In this document: in pieces, positions 28,601-33,906 of the stretch | Layout: each line of letters begins with the position of its first letter | How positions within the stretch are numbered: position 1 is the stretch's first letter | IMG/VR virus record: IMGVR_UViG_3300005512_000164 | Location: 1 to 33,906 of that record | Reading direction: 5' to 3' (one strand) | Length of the DNA stretch: 33,906 bases | Source: a virus | Lineage: Duplodnaviria > Caudoviricetes | The notes under the pieces: generated by a model | What the model saw: the letters and a program-made list of their open reading frames with translations, nothing else | What the model was told of the DNA's origin: nothing | Database searches by the model: none | Translations under genes and position numbers: made by a program

Positions 28601-29347
28601 CTACATAAAGATGTTGGCAGTATACTTACCAAAATATTCAGAAACGATACTGGATCCTTAAACAGAGCAGGTAAAGCTGTAGATTACTTAAGTAAGTTTG
28701 CTATTAACGGTGAGGATATATTACTAAGAGTATCAGCAATAGCTAAAGCCAAAGGTAGTAGTAATGTAGCTAAAGCAACAGCCGATATGTTAGAGGATAT
28801 TGCCAATAATATAAAGAGAATTAAAGATAAAAGTGATGTCGAAGCTTACATACAAGAGTATATGGCTACTCCTGGTACAGCTTTAGTTAATGTAGGTTCA
28901 GTGCTAGTGCAAACTCCGGATGTTATAGCTAAAGTTATACTACATGAACATTTAGTAGAGCAGAAAGTAAGAAAGTATAGAGATAGTCATAATGGTAGAG
29001 GACCAGACAGGGATGCTCTATATGCTATTAATGAGGAGGCAGCAATAGAATCTGTCACTAGTTTTATAGATTATAAAATGAATATACCTAGGGAGCTAAG
29101 GTTGTTAGAGCAAACTGGTGTTACTAGCTTTATTAGTTTCTGGTCTAGAATTCAAAAAGTGATATTGGTAAGCTTAAGAAACAATCCTGTGAATGCTCTT
29201 ATCACAATTCTTATAAATGAAATGTTAAATCTTGATGGCGGTACTATACTTGATGCCAGTTTTGTAGAAAAATGGGGTTCAGGAAGTTTAGCGGGAAGTT
29301 ACAATCCTGGAATGGATGTTCTATTCCCTACTAAATTGGCAGGCTAG
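22607..29347 (+). CDS. Virion RNA polymerase polyprotein: single-subunit (T7/N4-type) RNAP + DEDDh exonuclease + zincin + helical C-terminal domain
   Basis: 2246 aa. RNAP motif A D545 (PDATASG), motif B R630-x3-K634-x7-Y642G, QHMMDAA, motif C HD845S. Exonuclease motifs D986xE988, N1085-x4-D1090, H1140-x4-D1145. Zincin HEFVH at 1233-1237. GAGGT RBS at 22593-22597. Confidence 0.85.
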   Translation: MACDNVIITKENYEERPNDKELKQSIYSANMITDEILTNLFSSEVSNAKQFEELFEGDSPTIPYKSVLDKVSSLKYFDESKMPFGKKIGEIVDGDDIRDITIALSQLISVNKSEQDLTRKYNLDAKAVESVQDNTDPSKYQTSYSNIARTIGREILKTRGYRLIPKNEKGIKDSVAYETKIGEKALQKLEDRGLLSITESGTIVNRNFRDPNPDNMKDINYTKGKRKKVLTGIKTVVLLDLIEDTATQEDRRSISGNIAATRALISPPNSAVPSSTPKEINRQAQDMNMLDKHEEILEHVQDNPLRVTPFMKEAIDDLSKRIKSTKGSTKGTLMGLADFISSSKSSPFLFGTIDSEELNAIMMGDPVGIEQNYGRSQSKTIQFSRVLDVWDDLQDSLFYSFQTANQNRAHVLEQTLSYQSDNFLSRHVLGSDKVQEIADPADIRYVISYIADETGLAPADILGGTKSSALLDEYVGYLDDKDKNNDSALGLIATMANNLDKGKSPFNKPSKSAWELMSYVQAVKDIRDGINNDGVVRTHFMPKPDATASGAVITLLQAARYGGYNEEVAKDLIEGNLKDAYDLSVKELDSRLKSFSNKTTKDAFKTSHKDSYLLIKKLSDYKTGIIDGPRELMKLPFTKFIYGQNKDNNVQEITKEMASLIIEQQKTDLAKEILGDNYTADTIELRAALEKELGKEYGVAYELVTIIDETTGKSLFDRQGEELGDMHKLMEEARFSEGSTYGQIKVVPPLAWINSDRDLTNLVNYEEMRDGKEGEKGYATVIEKYFEAVLTDKDGALTTIKKRYPNENSIKVLLQHMMDAAILYESLGETEGFETYFNGFMLNHDSIGAEVTFARNLEPVYKRKTMEINSEYDFKEAALMELKYARSRTTEPSLLEKMDALITKTEEQLKTEIPNKQKVLSSGKGIIDNAFGVKPSVLKEAEALDLSPRRVKKTKEGKVVNLNAEKELNNLRELIENDPDSVITYDLETDSVDTKVANLVQIGYKKGTNPATSINIQMTQEQAGKYIEALKGTPIEDSQLYKDILLNYRADNNMADWNKEALPLVKAVKEFKSIVDDSKALVSFNGRLYDDKVLKAYGVDVKTTHDMRNLSQDSVVITGSRKGKLSDLADKAKWTEDQLHNADIDVEVTFEAIGSKTETKPTPDNVLSKDAVEDFKSNVKLFNKVSQTIILESFNVNPSVNIVSYTKDITPYYDLATNTVHVNQTMNEELFAHEFVHATIAQKIENDPVYAGKVKKLYDKVMKEDPSILEGLKDVPDADILHEFMAVALADKTTRNKLKKVPYGKRIIDAAVKLVFAAFGVSPNKYGDSALGEAITLFYEATYDDSIVNPDKKLNYIDVVTEKYKGYRPELKDNRSIIERTSNVMIDVDSYVSSKIQSTIDYTIGIDRDKETITSKSHDYMMENSDIYKNTFNAITDQWDSNTFINKMKFYLDLDEKARRKEFNVLNTQSIHAEERKAQFETDKMNELYDDIEGLFTKAETSTLYSLLSETPIAYLGKDDVFKGLLKKEFTIDEKIKDLLDNSTLNAKAKKNIAKKAQELSEFYINKKAPKGLATDRNFEGDSRVLVGQLSALYAMQKIPNVNSILHKINSTKRHRKVVNKLLELSSAVQVLDDELYGTISLNYDTHTGNLNHKVFEGNIEVKHVNAHTINKEFREDLGWKILEHPADGKAGIMYRNAGDITFQGGLGTQLKLQPDLQVTIPKSYGLERNNAMSQVNGDRSTVVFTNDQLDTMGMVRDPIVSLVKGYSHRMLLQETQSIRKELVNEFTDVYSKKDDDKLKQKIKDREHNWYLNLPEGITIDQLPKEIRSRYKLSRSSSDVDDFASQVTLVRSDMADFVEGYKEIQIGGTNTKLNKVFSVVKKTVLLQKIHWVITAPVKIAMDTTSNLAYLLSRNIPITTVYSKTKRIANDMVEFTKLREELLHAEFKNRANPSKTLAKKIESLEEKIKTHRMSSAYFRGFIQSIAIDISQKNEHTAAGLHKDVGSILTKIFRNDTGSLNRAGKAVDYLSKFAINGEDILLRVSAIAKAKGSSNVAKATADMLEDIANNIKRIKDKSDVEAYIQEYMATPGTALVNVGSVLVQTPDVIAKVILHEHLVEQKVRKYRDSHNGRGPDRDALYAINEEAAIESVTSFIDYKMNIPRELRLLEQTGVTSFISFWSRIQKVILVSLRNNPVNALITILINEMLNLDGGTILDASFVEKWGSGSLAGSYNPGMDVLFPTKLAG

Positions 29348-29448
29348 GAGGAATTATTCCTTCTTTTACTGGCTTTTACCTCGTACATAACATTCGATAA
29401 AAGTACCAGTGCACTAATAACTATTTTTAACGTACCGTGAGTAAACAA
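29344..29448 (-). CDS. Unannotated 34-aa small membrane peptide (MFTHGTLKIVISALVLLSNVMYEVKASKRRNNSS)
   Basis: TTG start preceded by GAAAGGAGGTGAT; one hydrophobic helix and a basic tail. It fills the otherwise empty gap between the two convergent modules. Confidence 0.6.
   Translation of the reverse strand: MFTHGTLKIVISALVLLSNVMYEVKASKRRNNSS
29347..29367 (+). terminator. Putative intrinsic terminator of the late operon
   Basis: GGAGGAA-tta-TTCCTTC followed by TTTT, directly at the vRNAP stop codon. Confidence 0.5.
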
Positions 29449-29488
29449 TAGTATCACCTCCTTTCAATTAAGGTTCCTGGGTGTTATT

Positions 29489-30013
29489 TCAGGGTTTACT
29501 AACACGATTCAGTTCATCTACAACTAGTTGGGCAAATCCGCAAATGTCTCTATAATTGTCATCGTATGTTGGATCTCCATTAGCTATACGAGCTAGTTTA
29601 TGGAATATCATTTCTATAGCTTCAGACATGAATGGTTCAAACTCTTCAGGTCTACCGTATTCTTTAACGTGGTTATCGAATGTAGCTTTTAACTTTTGAG
29701 ATAACTGTGCATGGTTAGAAAACTCTCCGTAGCGAATACCTCTTTGTTTGAGTGTAGCTTCTACTGACTGTAGTTTCTCTCCAGCATCGTTAGTTTCAAA
29801 CTCTCCATATCTATACAGTTTAGCTCCATCTATTGGCTTGGTAATACCTACTCTTGCCTCAGATAAAGGGATTTCACGTTTCATAAGATCTTTGTTACTG
29901 TAGACTGTTTTATCTCGGACTTGGTTTGCTTCTTCACGATAACCACAAGATAGGCAGGATATAATTCCTTGACTATCTTCGTGTACCTCGTGGTTACATT
30001 TTTCACAGTTCAT
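29489..30013 (-). CDS. Zn-ribbon + DUF6378-like protein
   Basis: N-terminal CEKC...CLSC. C-terminal TLKQRGIRYGEF...EAIEMIFHKLARIANGDPTYDDNYRDICGFAQL is typical of DUF6378. Confidence 0.7.
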   Translation of the reverse strand: MNCEKCNHEVHEDSQGIISCLSCGYREEANQVRDKTVYSNKDLMKREIPLSEARVGITKPIDGAKLYRYGEFETNDAGEKLQSVEATLKQRGIRYGEFSNHAQLSQKLKATFDNHVKEYGRPEEFEPFMSEAIEMIFHKLARIANGDPTYDDNYRDICGFAQLVVDELNRVSKP

Positions 30014-30198
30014 TAATCATCTCCTGTCATATCTGAGGTGTCTGGTTTAGACTCCTCTATTTGTTGTCTAGCTACATCTATACTATCTGCACCATAGAAC
30101 TCTGCTTGAAGTTTGTTCATGGCATCAGCTTTCAATCTAGGGTGAGCACTAGATACCGCTATCGAAGCTCGTTTTCTTTCGAATTCTAACCTATCCAT
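30013..30198 (-). CDS. Hypothetical protein
   Basis: 61 aa; overlaps both neighbours in a translational-coupling arrangement. Confidence 0.55.
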   Translation of the reverse strand: MDRLEFERKRASIAVSSAHPRLKADAMNKLQAEFYGADSIDVARQQIEESKPDTSDMTGDD

Positions 30199-31222
30199 CT
30201 AAGGTACTCCATTTAGTGTAATCTATGTCACCCCATGATCCCTGGATATTCTTAGAGTATTCAGTAACAGAACCTGCGAAGAAATCTGTAAGTACTGTAC
30301 CTACAACGTCATCCATGTAAGCTAACGGATTAGTAGTAGTTCCATAGTTCTTCTTCATACCGAGTTCATTTAGAGCAATATCTGCACGATATTCTGCGTA
30401 TCTTTTTAGAGATTCATTAGACATATGTGGAGGATTCAAGTAATCTATGAGTGTGTGCTCATAAGCCACTGTTTCTCGTATAGCTTCATAGATGTCATAC
30501 TTTAACTCATCAGTCCATATGTCCATGTTCTCTTCCACTGTTTGTCTGAATAGTGCAGAATTACCTAGTCCATGTATAGTTTCTTCTTTTATCGAGTACT
30601 CAACTATAGTACAAAGTCCAGGATATTTACCTTCAAATTGATACTTAAGTAATGCTGCAAACTGTGCCATAAGACTAATCCACTCTGCTCCACCACCGTA
30701 GGTAGCTAACATACGAAGTACATCAGATCTAAAGACTTTATCTAGTTCTATATTTGATAGATTCATAGATTTGTAGTCTTCATACTTCTTTACTTTCGCT
30801 TTATCTAGGTACTCGGTCTTTAACGCCATCTGTGGTATATCTAGAAAGTCGGAGTATATGGAGTTAGGTAATCCAATAGTTTCAGTAAATAAAGAGTAGT
30901 TCTCAATATGTGTGTACTCTCTAGCCATGAAATTGGATAACATAGCTTGTACTTCCATAGGTTTAAATATGCGTAACATAGTTGCGTATCCTGTACCTAC
31001 TACTACTTCATTCTGAGTAAATAGTCTCATAACATTAGTGATGAATTCTTTTTCCTCTGGTGAAGCTCGTTGAAAGTCCTGTAAATCTTGGTTAAGATTA
31101 ATCTCGTCACTGGTCCAATGCATCCTATCGTGTTTCTTATAGAACTCCCAGAACTCAGGGTATCTAAAACCCTTAGCTCCTTTAAATGTAGAAATCCCAT
31201 TCATGTGTAGTAAGTTACTCAT
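30191..31222 (-). CDS. nrdB: Ribonucleotide reductase class I beta subunit
   Basis: 343 aa. HWTSDEI, E102-x2-H105-x3-Y109, E180, E214-x2-H217 and C-terminal DFFAGSVTEYSK. Confidence 0.93.
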   Translation of the reverse strand: MSNLLHMNGISTFKGAKGFRYPEFWEFYKKHDRMHWTSDEINLNQDLQDFQRASPEEKEFITNVMRLFTQNEVVVGTGYATMLRIFKPMEVQAMLSNFMAREYTHIENYSLFTETIGLPNSIYSDFLDIPQMALKTEYLDKAKVKKYEDYKSMNLSNIELDKVFRSDVLRMLATYGGGAEWISLMAQFAALLKYQFEGKYPGLCTIVEYSIKEETIHGLGNSALFRQTVEENMDIWTDELKYDIYEAIRETVAYEHTLIDYLNPPHMSNESLKRYAEYRADIALNELGMKKNYGTTTNPLAYMDDVVGTVLTDFFAGSVTEYSKNIQGSWGDIDYTKWSTLDG

Positions 31223-31746
31223 TATTTATTCCTTTCAGCGTTACCGCTTTTATACTTTGTTTTTAGTACATCAAGAGTAAATAGTTCACTACGTTTATAG
31301 TACTCTATGAACTTACCTTTACGCATACTGCGAATATGTTGAGCTGTAACCTGTGGGTACTTTAACGCCATATCCTTAGCTGTATCTGTACATGTCATAA
31401 TATCATGCATCTGCTCTATGGTTAGCTTTTTTCTAGGAGTACGTAGGTTAGTATCTAATGCATGTTGGTTATTCTCACTATCGGTAGACCACTCAAGGTT
31501 AGATACATCATTATTAGACTTATTGCCATCTATATGATTTACCGTCCTTTTGTTTTCTGGGTTAGGCAGGAACTCCTTAGCTATTAATCTATGTACACGT
31601 TTCTTTGTAGGTACCTTATCTATGTATAAGGAAACAACAGGGTACCCTTTTGGGTCCGTGTTGATTGCTAAGAACTTATTAGATACTTTACTGAATACTC
31701 TTCCATTACTATGTAATGTATAATTATTATATAATGCTACTTCCAT
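31222..31746 (-). CDS. Free-standing HNH homing endonuclease (HNH_3 type)
   Basis: 174 aa. YTLHSNGRVFS...GYPVVSL...RVHRLIAKEFLPNPENKRTVNHIDGNKSNNDVSNLEWSTDSENNQHA, plus a C-terminal HTH-like segment. Confidence 0.9.
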   Translation of the reverse strand: MEVALYNNYTLHSNGRVFSKVSNKFLAINTDPKGYPVVSLYIDKVPTKKRVHRLIAKEFLPNPENKRTVNHIDGNKSNNDVSNLEWSTDSENNQHALDTNLRTPRKKLTIEQMHDIMTCTDTAKDMALKYPQVTAQHIRSMRKGKFIEYYKRSELFTLDVLKTKYKSGNAERNK

Positions 31747-31772
31747 TTTACTTCCTTGGTTAAGATGCTTGT

Positions 31773-31781
31773 ATTATACCA
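31773..31781 (-). promoter_or_regulatory. Extended -10 promoter (TGGTATAAT) for the HNH gene and possibly nrdB
   Basis: The minus strand reads ...TTTGGTATAATAC...AAGGAAGTAAAATG in the nrdA-HNH gap. Confidence 0.6.
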
Positions 31782-31798
31782 AAGAAAGTGCAACGAAG

Positions 31799-33574
31799 TC
31801 AAGAGCAACCTATACACGTGTCTGAAGTTAGCTCATCCATTGTAGTTCCTTGTTCGATATGTTTACGTCCATCTGATGATGTAGAAGCCCTAGTTTCAGC
31901 ACTACTACGTAAATAGTAGAGTGACTTAACTTTCTTTTTCCACGCTAAGATATGAAGGTCTGATATATACTGTACATGACTTCCACCGGGTACAAATAAG
32001 TTCAATGACTGAGACTGATCTATAAACTGCTGTCTATCCCCTGCCATCTCAATAACCCATCTCTGGTCTATCTCGAACGCAGTCTTAAAGACATCCTTCG
32101 TATTCTGATCCATCCAATCTAGATGCTGTACTGAACCATTGTTCTTCTTAATAGAAGCCCACTGTTCGTCATACCAGGATTGGCTACTATCTAACATCCC
32201 ATCTCTGATATGCTTATCTAGGTATTTATTTGTAATAGCGAATGAGCCCTGCTTCACTTTCTTTGTGAATGCGTTAGTAACCCAAGGTTCAATACCTGAA
32301 CTAGTTACATTACATAAACTAGATATAGACATGGTAGGTGCTATAGCTGTAACGTGAGTATTTCGTTTAAGTCCACCATTAGCTCTGATAGATAAAGGAC
32401 AGGGTTCAGTAGGATTAGACGTATTATGTCTATCTGCCGAGTCTTTAATCTGTTTAAATATCTTCATATTCAGACCCTTCGCAATAGCTGATTCCCAAGG
32501 TATCATCTTAGACTGTAATAAACTATGGAAGCCCATAACACCTAATCCGATGCTGCGTTCGTCTATAGCTCCATTTCTGGCTCTCTCGAATCCAGGTAAT
32601 CCTTCAGTTCTGTCGATAAAGTCTTGAAGTACATTATCTAGGTAATCTGTACAATCTGCTATGAACTGGTCAAAATTAGATTGATACTCATCCCAATACT
32701 CAAGATTAATTGAGCCAAGACAACAAACACCACTGTGATTATCATCCGTTCGAAGTGCGATTTCGACACACAAGTTGGAAGTAGATACTTTAATCCCTTC
32801 ATGCTTATATTCCTCTGGAGCTAGTTCATTTACTGTATCTATAAATAAAAGATAAGGCTCCCCTTTAAGAGTAGACCTAACCTCTAACAGTTGTATCCAT
32901 AGTTTCCTAGCTTTGACTGTTTTAACTACTGTTTGGTCTTTAGGAGATATAAGATCCCAATTAGAATCAGATAGTACAGCTTCCATAAAAGCATCTGGTA
33001 TAACTACACCATGATGTAGATTTGGTGCTCTACGATTTTGATCTCCAGTAGGTTTACGTAAATCTATAAACTCTTCTATTTCTGGATGAGCGATATTTAA
33101 GTAGACAGCCTCAGAGGCTCTCCGCAGTCCACCCTGACTAATGGCAAGGGTGGAACGATCTGAAATCCCCATGAAAGGTATGATGCCTGAAGAGGAACCT
33201 CCGTGTTTTCCGACTGAGGCGTTAACTTCTCTGACTGAACTCCAATCAGTTCCAATTCCACCTCCGTAAGCACCGAGGTTGAACGCTTCGTTGTAATTCT
33301 GGAAGATTCCTGGTTTGTCGTCACTGACTGACTTGGTAAAGCAGCTAATAGGCAATCCACGATTTGTTCCTCCGTTAGAGGAGATTGGGGTACTTGGGTG
33401 AAACCAGTAGTTTTTGACATATTTTTCCATCCTCATAGCGTGTTGTGGGTCATTAGCATAAGCGTTAGTTACTCGTTCTACCCATCCCTGATAGTCTTCA
33501 GAGGGTAGAAAATAAGTATCTTGGTACAGCTTTTTGCTGAATTCGGGGAGATTTTCCCACCCTCTGTCAGTCAT
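31799..33574 (-). CDS. nrdA: Ribonucleotide reductase class I alpha subunit (short form, no ATP cone)
   Basis: 591 aa. GLPISCF, GGGIG, TSNLCVEI (NxCxE), VCCLGS, AIAPT, DQSQSLN, KSLYYLR and a C-terminal CIGC. Confidence 0.95.
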   Translation of the reverse strand: MTDRGWENLPEFSKKLYQDTYFLPSEDYQGWVERVTNAYANDPQHAMRMEKYVKNYWFHPSTPISSNGGTNRGLPISCFTKSVSDDKPGIFQNYNEAFNLGAYGGGIGTDWSSVREVNASVGKHGGSSSGIIPFMGISDRSTLAISQGGLRRASEAVYLNIAHPEIEEFIDLRKPTGDQNRRAPNLHHGVVIPDAFMEAVLSDSNWDLISPKDQTVVKTVKARKLWIQLLEVRSTLKGEPYLLFIDTVNELAPEEYKHEGIKVSTSNLCVEIALRTDDNHSGVCCLGSINLEYWDEYQSNFDQFIADCTDYLDNVLQDFIDRTEGLPGFERARNGAIDERSIGLGVMGFHSLLQSKMIPWESAIAKGLNMKIFKQIKDSADRHNTSNPTEPCPLSIRANGGLKRNTHVTAIAPTMSISSLCNVTSSGIEPWVTNAFTKKVKQGSFAITNKYLDKHIRDGMLDSSQSWYDEQWASIKKNNGSVQHLDWMDQNTKDVFKTAFEIDQRWVIEMAGDRQQFIDQSQSLNLFVPGGSHVQYISDLHILAWKKKVKSLYYLRSSAETRASTSSDGRKHIEQGTTMDELTSDTCIGCS

Positions 33575-33760
33575 TTAGTTATACCCAAGCTTATCTAACG
33601 CAACTAACTCTTGTCTGAGGCTTGCTGTTTGCTTTTTGATAGAACCTAATCCTGTACGGATACGTTTAGCTGATGCTTTAGTAGGTTTTTCGTTGTAAGC
33701 TACTACCTCAGCTGTTAGTGTTTGTAGTTCTTTTTCTAATCTTTCTGTTGACTGTGACAT
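33575..33760 (-). CDS. Small basic helical protein, Hc1 (histone H1-like) family-like
   Basis: 61 aa. YNEKPTKASAKRIRTGLGSIKKQTASLRQE resembles the EKGNKAAGxRARKxLxELKK..KELR core of Hc1-like proteins; AAGGA RBS. Confidence 0.55.
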   Translation of the reverse strand: MSQSTERLEKELQTLTAEVVAYNEKPTKASAKRIRTGLGSIKKQTASLRQELVALDKLGYN

Positions 33761-33769
33761 TGTAATTCC

Positions 33770-33904
33770 TTAATTATATATTTTAAGACCGTCTTGGTCG
33801 TATTCTTCTAGGCAGATTTTAGCTGCTGCTGTTACTACTGATTCAAGTTTGTAAAGGTATTCTAGGTCCTCTGCTTCAAACATTTTATCTATGCCTCTGT
33901 GCTT
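33770..33904 (-). CDS. Hypothetical protein, 3' end (starts outside the window or at an internal ATG)
   Basis: Open frame from the window edge (KHRGIDKMFEAEDLEYLYKLESVVTAAAKICLEEYDQDGLKIYN-stop). The stop overlaps the RBS of the next gene. Confidence 0.5.
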   Translation of the reverse strand, partial: KHRGIDKMFEAEDLEYLYKLESVVTAAAKICLEEYDQDGLKIYN

Positions 33905-33906
33905 CA

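Noticed and set aside
29453-29465. 16S rRNA fragment
   Set aside because: The match is only 13 nt with no further rRNA-like sequence. It is better explained as the minus-strand Shine-Dalgarno of a small ORF.
31222-31798. Group I intron or intein associated with the HNH gene
   Set aside because: nrdA and nrdB are each complete and uninterrupted, and there is no flanking room for an intron core.
32139-32357. 72-aa plus-strand ORF inside nrdA
   Set aside because: Antisense shadow of a conserved gene with no supporting signals.
1-33906. Stop-codon reassignment, tRNA genes or CRISPR array
   Set aside because: The standard code gives dense full-length ORFs ending in TAA, TAG and TGA. Intergenic gaps are short, and I saw no cloverleaf or repeat-spacer pattern.

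Overview
An AT-rich (about 35% GC in the lines I counted) bacteriophage segment with N4-like (Schitoviridae-related) architecture. Positions 1-29347 (+) are a late/virion module: a partial DUF5675-type gene, tail/fibre genes including a 1579-aa repeat-built tail protein, N4 gp54/gp53-like genes, portal, scaffold-like protein, major capsid protein, a gp55-like gene, Cys-free ejection-type proteins and a virion RNA polymerase. Positions 29344-33906 (-) are a convergent nucleotide-metabolism module: DUF6378-like gene, nrdB, a free-standing HNH endonuclease, nrdA and an Hc1-like small basic protein. The strongest candidate for an undescribed system is the virion RNAP locus. What is one Cys-free ~3500-aa protein in N4 appears here as two translationally coupled genes (990 + 2246 aa). 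Their only two cysteines lie exactly at the junction (...EEVCK-stop / MACD...), suggesting a disulfide-stapled split polymerase. The 2246-aa chain also carries an apparently intact DEDDh 3'-5' exonuclease and a zincin HExxH domain behind a T7-sized RNAP. Other notable items are an unannotated 34-aa hydrophobic ORF with a 13-nt perfect Shine-Dalgarno, an NrdB with Asp-to-Glu changes at the metal site, and a GC-rich patch of nrdA that coincides with an alternative-frame ORF. All family assignments come from motif recognition by eye; no database searches were run.
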